Shown: one piece after another, positions 1 to 12,920 of the stretch
Position numbering within the stretch: the first letter of the stretch is position 1
How the letters are laid out: the number at the start of each line of letters is the position of its first letter
From: Squalus acanthias
Taxonomy: Eukaryota
Reading direction: 5' to 3'
NCBI GenBank assembly: GCA_030390025.1
Contig: CM059431.1
Span: 112,654,001 to 112,718,000, forward strand
DNA length: 64,000 nt
The notes under the pieces: model-generated
The model's input: the letters and a program-made list of their open reading frames with translations, nothing else
Told to the model about the DNA's origin: nothing
Databases searched by the model: none
Program-made: the position numbers and the translations under genes

Positions 1-360
1 GAAACTTATAACATTCTAACAGGACTAGACACAGGAAGGATGTTCCCGATGGCAGAGGAGTCCAGAACCAGAGGTCACAATCTAAGGATAAGGGGTAAGC
101 CATTTAGGACTGAGATGAGGAGGAATTTCTTCACCCAGAGAGTGGTGAACCTGTGGAATTCTCTACCACACAAGGCAGTTGAGGCCAATTCATTAAATAT
201 ATTCAAGAAGGAGTTAGATATATTTCTTAAGGCTAAAGGGATCAAGGGATATGGGGAGAAAGCAGGGACAGGGTACTGAATTTGGATGATCAGCCATGAT
301 CTCATTAAATGGCAGAGCAGGCTCGAGGGGCCGAATGGCCTACTCCTGCTCCTATCTTCT
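1..360 (+). mobile_element. CR1 LINE 3' end (shark HER1-like)
   Basis: ORF2 C-terminus RTRGHNLRIRGKPFRTEMRRNFFTQRVVNLWNSLP...GYGEKAG plus 3' UTR ggccgaatggcctactcctgctcc. Confidence 0.9.
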
Positions 361-630
361 ATAGTCTCAGGATAAGGAGTAGGCCATTTAAGACCGAGAT
401 GAGGAGGAATTTCTTCACTCAGAGGGTTGTGAATCTTTGGAATTCTTTGCCCCAGAGGGCTGTGGATGCAGAGTCTGAGTATATTCAAGGCTGAGACAGA
501 TAGATTTTTGGACTCTAGGGGAATCAAGGGCAGGAAAGTGGAGTTGAGGTGGATGATCAGCCATGATCTTATTGAATGGCGGAGCAGGCTCGAGGGGCCA
601 TATGGCCTACTCCTGCTCCTATTATGTTCT
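361..630 (+). mobile_element. Second CR1 3' fragment in tandem
   Basis: Repeats EMRRNFFTQRVVNLWNSLP and the same 3' UTR, diverged from the first copy. Confidence 0.88.
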
Positions 631-631
631 A

Positions 632-790
632 AGGCGGCTATTTGGCTCATCGTGCCTATGTTGAATCGTTGAAAGAGCTGTCCAATTTAGTCCTACACCC
701 CAGCCTTCTCCCCATAACACTGCAAATTAGTCCTCTTCAAGTACATGTCCAACTGTCGTTTGAAATTTCCTATGGAATCTGCTACAATTG
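632..790 (-). mobile_element. Older CR1-type 3' fragment, opposite orientation
   Basis: Reverse complement reads ...ttatggggagaaggctgggg...ctctttcaac...gagccaaatagcc, a CR1-type tail. Confidence 0.55.
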
Positions 791-1664
791 GTTTCACTTA
801 TTTTCAGCAATACAACATGATTTGGAGTAATATAGAAATACTCAACACGCTATGCTACTCCATTTCAGTAGGTCGTCTTGCTTGACTTAAAGCTAGATTT
901 ATTTTTAAAATCATCTCTCCTGTATTCCATCCTTCCTGCAGCCATTTGCTGCCTGACTGCTTCCTGCTTTTGCAGCATTCTCTTTTGTTTTTGCTAAGCC
1001 TGGTTCTAGTGTCAGCTTTTAGTCAACTTATTATCCCCACAAAAAAAAGGGGACTACACCAGCCTAACTTGGCAATGATCCCTGATAGAGTTGACGCAGA
1101 AAGACAATACGGAAACTGTAATTTATGAACACAGATGGCATTTATTCTTCACATTTCTTTTTCTTCCTATAGTCATATAGCTTTTGGTAAAATCTTTGGC
1201 ACATTTTAATGAGCATTTTGAGTTTGACAAATGCAATTTTTGATTTTCACGTGCATGTGATAACATGCAAATAAAATTGTCTAAGTTGATAACATTAAAA
1301 ATGTTAGTTCTGTCGTCACATAGGGGGTCTCAAACAAGTTACAGAATATAAATATAGTGGACCCTCTCTCCAATCTGTGGAGGGCAGAGAGGTTAGAAAT
1401 GTGGCTGCATACAGTCAAATTAGGTTGGGTTATTCTGACTTCTACTTTTAAGAGGTACTCTCAATTTTAAAAAATAACAATGTATAGAATATAGTTCAGA
1501 AATTATAGAACAGGTCCTAAAAGGGGATTCTGCCTTGATCACATTAGATTGGCCTGATATGGTTATGCATCAATTGAGGCACATTGAGGCTCGTGCTGCC
1601 TATGCATTCCAAATTCAAGAATGGCCCGCCTTTTCTTTAGAAGCAACTGTGAAAGAGACACTAA

Positions 1665-2203
1665 GGGCTAGATTTTCAATGACCCGTGGAGTCGGGTTTG
1701 GAGGCGTGTGGGGGGTTAAAGTTGCAGATTTGGGGGTCCCGACCCCATCCCACCTCCATGCAATTTTGACAAAATCGGTCGCGGGGTTCCCGACTCCGTC
1801 CCACCTCCAAGAGGCGGGAGAGGCCATTAAAGCCCTTAACAAGCCCTAAATTGGCTCTGTAATGCCATTTTGAAACGTTTTAGCTAGTTTAACCCTTTTC
1901 CGACGTGAAGTACGCCTGATGTGAAACACACCAGTGAAACCTGGCGGGCGCACAAGTGGATAGCTGACTATCAGCTGCAGGTCCACTATTTCTCTCACAC
2001 TCTCACTCTCACTCTCATTTTGCATCCAGGTCCACTCACAGCAAAAGCCAGGCAATCTCAGAGACCAGGCAGTCAGTCTCTGACCTGCAATGATGACATC
2101 ATCAGAGGCGACTTCCAGACTGAAACCACTCAATTGCCCAATCTGGAGTCGGGGGGGGCAACACGAAATGCGGATGACACGACCCCAACACAAAATCCAG
2201 CCC
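1665..2203. mobile_element. PIF/Harbinger-type MITE
   Basis: TIRs GGGCTAGATTTT / GGGCTGGATTTT; TAA target duplication on both sides. Confidence 0.85.
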
Positions 2204-2430
2204 TAAGAATCTACAAAGACCTTCTGGTATTGAGGCTGAATGGCAACTACAAAAAATTTCAGCAGGGAAGGGAAGGGTGGTTAGACTCCTTTTATGCATT
2301 TCTAGAGTGTGAACCCACAAGTTAAATATTCTGGTTAAACCTCTGGCAAAGGATTGATTGATGATCCTATTTATCAGGCCAATAACATTATCACTTTCTA
2401 GTGTATTCCAACTGAAGTGGTACATACAAT

Positions 2431-3138
2431 GGCCTAGAATTTGCTGTAACTGGTCAACGAACGGCACCCGCCGTTAGTTAAGACTCGCCCGTGCCCGTTT
2501 AATCTCCACGATATTTTGCCTTGCAAGTTGCTGGAAGTGTGAGATGGAAACTTAGCGACGCCCTCTATTGGGCATCTGGGACCGGAGTGAACAGGACATG
2601 CAACTGCGTATCTCCTTAACCAATCAGAATGAAGGATTGTGAAATTAATACGGCAAGGACTGAGAAGAAAGTGTATGATAGAATGGTGAATTCAATGTCA
2701 AATCAGGTACATACAGTAAGAGAAAGAGAGGAAAAGAAAGACTGGATTAAGACAGAAAAAAAAGTAAATAAAAATCTCCAATAATTAAAACCTGACAGAA
2801 TGAGACTCCACACTTGTAAGAGTTATTTTTCCAGTGCCAGAGAGGTTGACTGTCAGTAATTAACACTTATCGCATCGTTAAAAGGGTACTTAGACTGAAA
2901 TGGACAAGACTTAACTTTCTGTTGAGAGTTTAGTTCGTATCTACCGTGCAAATACAGCAACTTCACGTCGTGCAATGCAATGGTGAGCCAGTTGGCGAGA
3001 TATCATTTTCGTGAAGCTAACGCGGCACGTCTCCAACAGCAACTTTGATTTCTGCGCCTGAAGTTGCCGTGGCATTTGCACATAAATAACGGTGACGCCA
3101 ATAGCCTCACCGTTAATTTTGACAGCAAATTTTGGGCC
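2431..3138 (+). mobile_element. Harbinger-type MITE, family A
   Basis: TIRs GGCCTAGAATTTGCTG / GGCCCAAAATTTGCTG; AAT TSD; body homologous to 28411-29168 and, reversed, to 5327-5985. Confidence 0.85.
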
Positions 3139-3305
3139 AATACGTGCTTTTTAGATTGTGGATGTTAGCTTGTCTCCAAGATATTAATGGCCATACTGTG
3201 GTTTGCTATGATTTTCTATACATTTTTGTGACACAAAAACAGAGAAATTAAATTAAAGACAAAATGTTACGCATTATCACCACGGTAGCTACAGAAACCT
3301 CTCAC

Positions 3306-3463
3306 CTGCATCACCACTGTTAACTCTTCGCCTAGGAATAGCCTTCACACGGGCAGGTGATGTAGAGTGTTGTTTGTCATATTCCGATGCAACAACGGAG
3401 TACGATCGTTGGAAGACGCTACGTTTTGCTGTATCATTTTCCATTATAGGGCTCGTTTCAAGG
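3306..3463 (-). CDS. MYCBP2: MYCBP2 exon (158 bp, 2-1); gene continues beyond the left edge
   Basis: LETSPIMENDTAKRSVFQRSYSVVASEYDKQHSTSPARVKAIPRRRVNSGDA; CAG/GTGAG. Confidence 0.95.
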
Positions 3464-3591
3464 CTATAAAAACAGGCACAATGCACCATTGCACAAACTC
3501 GATAAGAAAGGAGCTTTTAGTTTCTAAAACACCCAGAACATTCATCTTTAACACGACATGTCATCAATAAACAATTCTGTTATGGAAGTAC

Positions 3592-3759
3592 CTAGGAGGC
3601 ATTGATTTCAGGTTAGTTTCAGGCTCGTCAAAGACATGAGGGCAGGCATCTGGTGTGACGGATATGTATGGCGCCGGTACAGAGGTGGAACGAAGATATC
3701 TCATTTCATCTTGGAAGAGGTGATCATCATGGTAGCCAGTAAAGTTCTCTGAATGCTGT
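3592..3759 (-). CDS. MYCBP2: MYCBP2 exon (168 bp, 2-2)
   Basis: QHSENFTGYHDDHLFQDEMRYLRSTSVPAPYISVTPDA...KSMPP. Confidence 0.94.
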
Positions 3760-3999
3760 CTGTTTGGCAGAGTTTTACAATTGTGAATCAAAACTAAACT
3801 GCAGCAGCAAATAAAAGATTTTTACAAGATAATACCTATTCAAAAATCTATGTATGCTAAACTCAATTAGAAACAGTGGACAGCAAGGAAAGTTGATTGA
3901 AGTTAATTTGAAGAATCAATGTGATTTCATGAATGATACGCAATCCTAATCAGATCTCTGAATCAGAACTATCAGTGCAGACAAACTAAAGATCAGTGT

Positions 4000-4235
4000 T
4001 ACAGTGGGTAAATGGGAGCATTTGGTGTGGTACTGAATCATACAGGCCAGAAAGGTTCTAGGTTTGATCTCTGGTGTGTGCTGAGAAGCTCTCAGCCAGG
4101 GAGGCAATTGTCCTCAGTCTCTCTGGGCTATTGAGCAGGGGTTAGGGGGGGTGGGAGGATCAACCACGGCTCCTACCATTTAATATTTAGTGACTTTCCT
4201 CAGAGGTACGTGCGGGCTACAGCAGCCAGGGTGCT
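4000..4235 (+). mobile_element. Old tRNA-derived SINE fragment (family B)
   Basis: B-box-like ggtttgatc; similar to 55645-55860 and 11950-12180. Confidence 0.55.
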
Positions 4236-4239
4236 GTTA

Positions 4240-4667
4240 GAAACATAGAAACATAGAATCTCGGAGCAGGAGTAGGCCATTCGGCCCGTCGAGCCTGCTC
4301 CACCATTCAATACGATCATGGCTGATCATCCAAATCCAGTACCCTGTCCCTGCTTTAATCCCCACAGTACACATATCCCACCCTACCCCCGTAACCCCAC
4401 GTATTTAATTCCCCCTAACATATCCCATCCTATCCCCATAACCCCACATATTTAATCCCCCCCTAACACTAAGGGTCAATTTATCATGGCCAAATCAACC
4501 TAACCCGCACATTTTTGGACTGTGGGAGGAAACCGGAGCACCCGGAGGAAACCCACGCAGACACGGGGAGAATGTGCAAACTCCACACAGACAGTCACCC
4601 TAGGTCAGATTCGAACCCAGGTCCCTGGCGCTGTGAGGCACCAGTGCTAACCACTATGCCACCGTGT
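4240..4667 (-). mobile_element. HE1 / V-SINE
   Basis: tRNA head (gggttcgaatc), V-domain (rc of ggaggaaacccacgcagacacggggagaatgtgcaaactccacacagac), CR1-derived tail with (CTATGTTT)n. Confidence 0.9.
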
Positions 4668-5326
4668 TCCAGTTCTGTTCTCAGTAACTAATAGCATCTA
4701 TTGTTCAGATTTCCAAAGTTGGCCATTTTTTTGATCGGCTGGTGCAAGATTAGAAGAATTTTGTGCGTGACTCTGCAAACTTACTGCCATACTCTCCCAA
4801 ACAAGCCAGTTACTCGGGCAGGTATGTTTACCTCTCATCGGGTTTCTGCTTGTTCCTGATCCATCTCTCCTTACTGCTGGTCCTGACCGTCTTGCCACCA
4901 CTTCCAGGAACTTTGTAGTCGGTTCCACTACTACCCCCCGCCTCCCCACCCCAAATAAAACCTATGTTAGTTAAGGGAACTTGATTTTAGATCGGGGCTA
5001 GGGTTGAGATAAATTTATTTCTTAATTTAATTGAAACGGAGCGCGTTTAGTTCGAGCGGGAAGACTGTGCGAGATGGATTTGGCAGGGAGGTGGGAATCC
5101 ATTAAGGGGAAGGATAGGTTTTGGGACATTTAGCCTTGTTGCCACCCCATTTCTGCTACCAGTGCTCCCACTCATCAAGCTGGTAGCAAACCACTGTGTT
5201 CAATATCAAAGGGATTGGATCTTTACTGAGAAAAAAGATGGCGTTCATGTATTTCATGGTACATTTATGCAAAGAATTTTTGCAAAATACTGGATTTCTC
5301 ATGGCGTTGCTTTTAGAAAAAACACT

Positions 5327-5985
5327 GGGCCGGATCTTGCTGGAAAAATAGCATGTTAACAACGCAAGCCATTATTAATGCGCAAATTGGCTGGCAAGTT
5401 CAGGGGATGAAGAGATACGCTATGAGTTGTGAATCTCCAGAATTTGCGCGCTGATTTACACTACTCCGCCATTAGCTTCACACAAACTGCATCTCGCCCT
5501 CAGGCGTCCATCTGTTATTTTTAAGAACTGGATATGCACATTAATTGTCCAGTAAACATTAAGCCTGGAACTTAACAGCGCAAGTACCTTTTTAACGACA
5601 CCATAATTGTAAATGCAATGCCAATCAACCTTTCTGCCCCAGAAAGGGAAGAATTTAAACTGTTCAATCGCATACCTGCATGTAGTAAATTGTTGTTAGA
5701 GATTTAAAAAATGTCAAATGTTAATTTTTTTAAACTTTTCCTTTCTGTCTCTTTTCTTTCTCTCTTAATCCAATCTTTCTTTCCCTCTCTATTTCTCTTT
5801 CTGTACCCGATTTGTCACTTATGTATCCATTCTAAATAATCCTCATTCTCCATTGTTTCTGTTTCTTTCTCAATCCTTAAATCTCATTGGTCCCAGATGC
5901 CCCTTTGCCCTCGCCACGATTCACTTCCAGCAATGAAGGGTTTAGGAAAAAGTCTATTTAACAATGCATGCCGCAAGATGCCCCA
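5327..5985 (-). mobile_element. Harbinger-type MITE family A, one end lost
   Basis: GGGCCGGATCTTGCTG terminus; reverse homology to 2431-3138. Confidence 0.75.
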
Positions 5986-7109
5986 TTATTTTAGGGTGAC
6001 AGCAGCATTTTACCATGTAATATAGAATGAATTATTGCGCAGGTATATTTTCACTCTTATTGGGAATAAAGTGTATGTTGCTTAAAAATAAATGAATGTA
6101 AAATTCTATATAGAAATTGGAAATTAGTTTAACCAAAAAAATAGTTGAAGTTATATGTAAACAAGTTTTAACATTTTAAGAGTCCTAAGTATAAAAGGAA
6201 ATGCCTGTTAAAAATGTTTTTAAAATAGGTTAAATTTTTTATTAAAAGGTATTCATATAAAATTTACATCTGTAGATAGTATTGGGAGTCTATGTGGAAA
6301 CTGCCCAAAGAGATTGCCAGGGCACCAGAGATAAGCGTATTAATCACAAGGGGTGGGGGGGGGGGAGAATCTTGGGCAACAGGATTATCTGTAACCAGAC
6401 AGGGATGGCTGGGTCAGAAGCCAGTGCATGTGAGGGGCATGGCATTACATATGCTGGGGGAGGAAGGAACAGAGTTTGGGACCCAACCAGGTAGGGAAGG
6501 AGCAGAAACCAGATAGGATAGGAGACCTGGGCAAGACTGGCGTATTTATATTTTATTGAAAATACTGCATTGCAACATCCTAACAATTCTAAAGCTATTC
6601 ATACTTTTAGAAAAGTTTCTCTTTTACCTTATGTGAATATGACCAAGTTATTTGTGAAATCCTACAAGGTGAAGGGTTGGGGTTAAAGATTGTGGGTAGA
6701 ATCAAACTTTGCATACACGGAGCCAATGCGACACAAAAAAGGGTATTCTTTCCACCTCTCCCACTTCAACAAATTCTACTTCATCCTTACCAGACTTGCT
6801 GGTTTAGGTTCAGTTTTGATGACCCTACAGTAGATGATACTCAATGCCAAGACACCAACGTGCCAATTAGGTGAAGTGACAGCGGTGTGGGGCTACACTT
6901 GCCTGCAGGAGCGTACTGCAACAGGAGAAAGGGCAAGGGCATAAAAATAATCAAAGGAAAAGCTGCATGCCAACAACAAAGACTTTGGCAGATCAATTTG
7001 CATGATGTAAATGGATACCATAACACTTTGCAGCTTACAAAGGCAGGGATATATAGGAGCCATTCTGCACCAGGATTGTCCCCCAAACCATAATGAAGTA
7101 AATGATTAA

Positions 7110-7345
7110 GCTATTTTTTTGGGTGATAATGGGTGAGGGATGAGCATTCTTCAATAGTGCCATGCATCATTAATACCCAACTCAACAGGCATGTGGTACC
7201 TTAGTTTAACAATTCACCTGAGAAAATAAAGTATTACCTCAGTACTGTCCTGAAGTGTCAGTCTTGATTATGCATGCACATACAATGTCTTGAACACAAC
7301 AAGCTTCTGACTCAGAGACACGAGTGCTACCAACTAATCTGAACT
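7110..7345 (-). mobile_element. Degenerate SacSINE1/Deu-SINE fragment
   Basis: cttctgactcagag, cagtactg and ttcttcaatagtgccatg blocks shared with 45079-45487. Confidence 0.6.
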
Positions 7346-7507
7346 GATATGATAGTCAAAATTTCATTAAACATTTAAATTTGTGATACAATGTGACTTA
7401 ATTTTTTTTTGTACAATGGGATATCATCCTGCCCAACAATGCAATCTTATCAGATTTTTGTTGTAAAGGAATCCTCATCACTTTTGAGCAAATCTGTTAT
7501 ACTTTAC

Positions 7508-7752
7508 CTTGCAAGGGTCTGTAGATAAAGGCATGGATATTTATTGGGCATCTCATCAGAGATGCCCTCTTTCAGACTTGGAAGATGTGAATGAAAAGGC
7601 CTTGGGGTATGGTAACAGAGAATATTTGGTTCTGCAGCACTACTCAGCGACAGCAAGAACATAGAGTTTGCTTTAATCACTTGATGAGCTTCCATGGAGG
7701 GCAAGGCTCGTGGGGTCTTCACCTGCACCGGCTTTTTTCTGGCTTGTTTAAC
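7508..7752 (-). CDS. MYCBP2: MYCBP2 exon (245 bp, 0-2)
   Basis: VKQARKKPVQVKTPRALPSMEAHQVIKANSMFLLSLSSAAEP...CLYLQTLAR. Confidence 0.95.
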
Positions 7753-8682
7753 CTGAAAAAGAAAAGTACCAACATTGACAGGGTGCCTTTCTTCCCAAAT
7801 TAAAAACAAACAGAACTATTAATATCAAACAGAAGGATAAAAAGTATAATCCATGTTAGGTATTAAAAATAAAATGACTAAGGCAGAAATCTAAGTTATT
7901 TTATTTATTTAGGTCTCGATCAATGCAAAAGTTAGAGTGCCAATAGAAACATCTACATTTTTACTTCTAAAAGCAAAAGGTTCCAACAACTGATGTTCTG
8001 CAAGAAGCATACTTTAAATCAGACTGCACAGTTCATGCAAGAGCACAATTGGCATTTACTAGTAATAAAAGGCAGAGCACCAGCTTTTCTTCAAACTATT
8101 CCCACTGATTTGGGTAGTTCTACCTTTTGGATTATTTTCATTGCAGTGCCACAAGCTGACATTAATATAGGGTGTGTTCGAAAATAAAAACAGCAGTGTA
8201 CAAAAAATACAATTTTACTCTTCACAGCATAAGCAGTACTTTAATTCTCCATCATACATTTAGTGCGTAAGGTGCCAGTACAAACTCTGAAGAATATAAC
8301 AGGTTCAGAAACCAAGCACGCATTATAGTTTGGTAGGACTGCAGAATCTGTACCAAGTTGCTTCTCTTTTTATTTTGATGGCAAATTACTGTGTGACAAG
8401 GCAAGAATCTGAAACATAAATATCAACTATACCTAAATTTGAATTGATCATTAATGGAACTCATTCTTTTAACTTTCAGAAAATCCCGTCCCAAAATGTT
8501 GGCAAGACAATCATGCAGCACATAAATGCTTCAGTGTTTCTTGTCTGAACACCCTGAAGAGAATTCTGAGTAATACTGGACATGTTGGCACTCTTAGCTA
8601 AATAGAATACTGACAAACCATAAATACTTTCACCTACTTCAACTTGTTTTTGGTAAAAATTTAGCTGCATGGCGGTGAAGGA

Positions 8683-10692
8683 TTTATTTATTTTTTATTC
8701 GTTCATGGGATCTGGACGTTGCTGGCAAGACCAGCATTTATTGCCCATCGCTAATTGCCCTTGAGAAGATGGCGGTGAGCCGCCGCCTTGAACCGCTGCA
8801 GTCCGTGTGGTGAAGGTACTCCCACAGTGCTGTTAGGGAGGGAGTTCCAGGATTTTGACCCAGCGACGATGAAGGAACGGCGACATACTTCCAAGTCAGG
8901 ATGGTGTGTGACTTGGAGGGGAACTTGGAGGTGGTGGTGTTCCCATGTGCCTGCTGCCCTTGTCCTTCTAGATGGTAGAGGTCGCAGGTTTGGGAGGTGC
9001 TGCCGAAGGAGCCTTGGCGAGTTGCTGCAGTGCATCTTGTAGATGGTACACACTGCAGCCACGGTACGCCAGTGGTGGAGGGAGTGAATGTTTAAGGTGA
9101 TGGGATAGGGTGTCAATCAAGCAGGCTGCTTTGTCCTGGATGGTGTCGAGCTTAGAGTGTTGTTGGAGCTGCACTCATCCAGGCAAGTGGAGAGTATTCC
9201 ATCACACTCCTTACTTGTGCCTTGTAGATGGTGGAAAGGCTTTGGGGGAGTCAGGAGGTGAGCTACTCGCCGCAGAATACCTAGCCTCTGACCTGCTCTT
9301 GTTGCCACAGTATTTATGTGGCTGGTCCAGTTAAGTTTCTGTCAATAGTGACCCCCCAGGATGTTGATGGGGGGGGGATTCAGCGATGGTAATGCCGTTG
9401 AATGTCAAGGGGAGATGGTTAGACTCTCGCTTGTTGGAGATAGTCATTGCCTGGCACTTGGGTGGCGCAAGTGTTATCTGCCACTTATCAGCCCAAGCCT
9501 GAATGTTGTCCAGGTCTTGTTGCATGCGGGCATGGACTGCTTCATTATCTGAGGAGTTGCAAAGGGCACTGAACACTGCAGTCATCAGCGAACATCCCCA
9601 TTTCTGACCTTATGTTGGAGGGAAGGTCATTGATGAAGCAGCTGAAGCTGGTTGAGCCGAGGACACTGCCCTGAGGAACTCCTGCAGCGATGTCCTGAAG
9701 CTGTGATGATTGACCACCAAAACAATCTTCCTTTGTGCTAGGTATGACTCCAGCCAGTGGAGTTTTCCACCCCCCCCTCCGATTCCCATTGACTTCAGTT
9801 TTACTAGGACTCCTTGATGCCACACTCGGTCAAATGCTGCCTTGATGTCAAGGACAGTCACTCTCACCTCACCTCTGGAATTCAGCTCCTTTGCCCATGA
9901 GGTCTGGAGCCGAGTTGTATGGCAGAAACCAAACTGGGCATCAGTGAGCAGGTTATTAGTGAGTAAGTGCCGCTTGATAGCACTGTCGACGACACCTTCC
10001 ATCACTTTGCTGATGATTGAGAGTAGACTGATGGGGCGGTAATTGGCCGGGTTGGATTTGTCCTGCTTTTTGTGGACAGGACATACCTGGGCAGTTTTCC
10101 CACATTGTCAGATAAATGCCAGTGTTGTAGCTGTACTGGAACAGCTTGGCTAGAGGCGCGGCTAGTTCTGGAGCACAAGTCTTCAGCACGACAGCTGGGA
10201 TGTTGTCGGGGCCCATAGCCTTTGCTGTATCCAGTGCGCTCAGCCGTTCCTTGATATCACGTGGAGTGAATCGAATTGGCTGAAGACTGGCTTCTGTGAT
10301 GGTGGGGACCTCAGGAGGAGGACGATATGGATCATCCACTCGGCACCTCTGGCTGAACATGGTTGCAAACGCTTCAGCCTTGTCTTTTGCACTCACATGC
10401 TGGTCTCCACCATCATTGAGGATGGGGATATTCATGGCACCTCCTCCTCCCGTTAGTTGTTTAATGGTCCACCACCATTCACGATTGGATGTGGCAGGAC
10501 TGCAGAGTTTTGATCTGATCCATTGATTGTGGGATCGCTTAGCTCTGTCTATAGCATGCTGCTTCTGCTTTTTAGCATGCATGTAGTCCTGTGTTGCAGC
10601 TTCCCCAGGTTGGCACCTCATTTTTAGGCACGCCAGGTGCTGCTCCTGGCCTGCTCTTCTACACTCCTTATTGAACTAGGGTTGGTCACCTG
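8683..10692 (-). mobile_element. 5'-truncated CR1-group LINE with frameshifted reverse transcriptase
   Basis: KAMGPDNIPAVVLK, AQFGF, LDIKAAFDRVWH, GVPQGSVLG, FADD, KSWNSLP motifs across several frames; AATA-type 3' tail. Confidence 0.93.
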
Positions 10693-11598
10693 CTATGCAC
10701 TGCTATTTATTATTTAGCTTAATTAGACAGAATATTGGAGAAGGGGGCATCAGAGTTAATGTCTTGCTAAGGTTTTCCAGCAGTTTCTGTTTTTATTTTG
10801 GTTCTCCAGCCCCTGCAGTATTTTGCTTTTTGATTTATTGGAGGAGGGTTGGTTTGGGAGGGTTGGTTTGGTTTGGAATGAAAGTCTTACCTTTCTCCAT
10901 TGGCTGCAAAAGTCCTACATGAAATTGCACAATCTCAAACCAGTTCTTCATCTAGCATAAATTGGCATTAATTTGCCAAGTTCACTCAGAGAAGCAGTAA
11001 GAATGGTTGATGAATGGGAAAAAAATGCATACTGTTCATCTTGGTGCATGGGGAGTGCTCGGGAGGTTGGGTTTAAGGTATGTTGTTGAGGCAAATCTAC
11101 TGAAATCTAGCTTCCCTAGGGCGGACTTGGAGGCCCCTAAAGGAAAGTGTTCCACTTAGAATATACCCTTGTAGGGAATTCACTTTTCCACAAATAACAC
11201 AGGTTCAAAGATTTGTACCCGTTAAGAAATTGATCTTAAGCCATTTGATTTGAAGAGTAACCTGCTGAGCACAATACTTTTTAAACTTATTGGGCAGTTG
11301 AATGACAAACTTGGAACATATACAAAATGTTGTGAAAATGTTTAGAAACTGTAATACCAGTGAGATACAGTGCCTGAGAATCACAGGGTTACAATGCTCC
11401 CCAAAACTCTGATAGGACCCGCTTATCAAAAAAAAAATTGGACAAATTCTACCCATGACTTGAAACTCCGAATCCACGTAGGACTCAAGCTACGCAGTCT
11501 GAAGTAGCACGGTGGGATATTTTTCCAGAGTGCGCTGCTCAGATCACTTTTTCTATGTACAGAAGTTAATTTTATCACATGTACAAAGGAATACACAC

Positions 11599-11768
11599 CT
11601 TTTCACGAGCTGCAGCTTGTTTCTCACGGAGATATTTTTCTCTGCAACGGTCACATACAAGGTACCAGGTGCTTCCTCCAACACCACCATCTCCACAGTT
11701 CCCTGCCCATCCGCCACAGAAGTGACCAATGCTATTATAGCCCTGTCCTCCAGCATAGCGACCACAGC
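11599..11768 (-). CDS. MYCBP2: MYCBP2 exon (170 bp, 1-0)
   Basis: CGRYAGGQGYNSIGHFCGGWAGNCGDGGVGGSTWYLVCDRCREKYLREKQAAAREK. Confidence 0.97.
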
Positions 11769-11949
11769 CTTTAGCAAAAAAAAACAAATCTTTAGTAGAG
11801 TCTTTATAGATGAAACAAAAATTGATTAACTTGATATTCTTTGAGTAACATAAATTTAATGCCAATTCAAATATCTGTCTAGAATTAGTGATAATCACAA
11901 CCATGGATGTCCTAATAAAGTAGACTCCAAACAGAAGTGCAAACCCCGG

Positions 11950-12920
11950 CCTACGTTCAGTCTCCCAATCTGAGCCACGAAAGCAATGTGGTCATGACAT
12001 ATTATTGCATTGCCAACAGGTTTTATGAGGTGGGTGGGAAGAGTTGCCAAATGATTCCTGCTGCTGATTGCAATCCAGCAACACTCGCCCAAAAGTGCGC
12101 ATCTATGGAGGTCAGGTGAAAACAAGATCAGGTTCAGCTGTGATGCCCACTCTTACATGGTTGATAATCTCAATGACTCTCGGGCCCCGATATTAATGGG
12201 GAGAAGGGGAGGCAGATATCGGCCAAAGAACCCAGCAAGGCCGGGGACGTGGAAGCCCCGCCGACCTTAATAGCAGGGCTTTATTCGCATACTGACGAGT
12301 TGCCTCCTGCCTGGGTGCCTGATGAATTGGCGGCCTGACCAGCGGGCAGGAGGGAACACTTGCGGCAGGAGGTCACAGCCAGTGACCCGTGGGGAGGGTC
12401 CCCGGCACTGGGAAGGGAGTATCAGCTCCGGGCCATGATTGGAAGTGCTGGGGGAAGGCTGGCAACGGCCAAAGGGTTTCTTGATGGGCCTGGGGGGAGC
12501 ACTCCTGCTCCTCCTGGCCCATAAGGAGTGCTAAAAGAGCCACTTAGCTTGGAGAGCCGGCAGCTCCTGCCTTGGATCAGCAGTGAGGAATCCCACAGTT
12601 CGGACCTCCCCCTCACTCAAATTAAGTCGCGGCACCGATGGTGTCATCAGACTATGACTTTGGTATGTTAATTAGGGCCCCGCCTGCCTTTTGCGGGAGC
12701 GATTCCTGCACTGTAAAATTGAAAGGGGTAGGAATGGGGTTGGGTTGCCCGATCTTGATATTTTAATCCCACAACCCCGACCCTCTCCCGCCTGTTGGGT
12801 GGGGGTTAAAATCGAGGCCTCAATGTCCATTGCTTGCATGAGTTACCAGAGGGCTGCCTGCACCTGTGGAAGCATGTCAGCAAGAATCAGTATCTTCAGA
12901 ATGGCAAGAATGGGGAGAGG
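11950..12920 (+). mobile_element. Family B SINE interrupted by a MITE
   Basis: 5' part resembles 55780-55860; sequence after 12822 resembles 56650-56730; boundaries approximate. Confidence 0.5.
12183..12819. mobile_element. Harbinger-type MITE
   Basis: TIRs GGCCCCGATATTAA / GGCCTCGATTTTAA; flanks TCG/TCA; GC-rich body. Confidence 0.78.

Noticed and set aside
75-650. 191-aa minus-strand ORF
   Set aside because: Antisense read-through of two CR1 tails
1615-1646. Good acceptor (tctttcacag) followed by VASKEKAGHS-stop
   Set aside because: No convincing donor or homology; not the expected next exon (EVGSSLLRHP...), which must lie left of the window
4590-4667. tRNA gene-like A/B boxes (also at 18181, 25840, 45430)
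   Set aside because: They are SINE heads continuing into SINE bodies; no full cloverleaf
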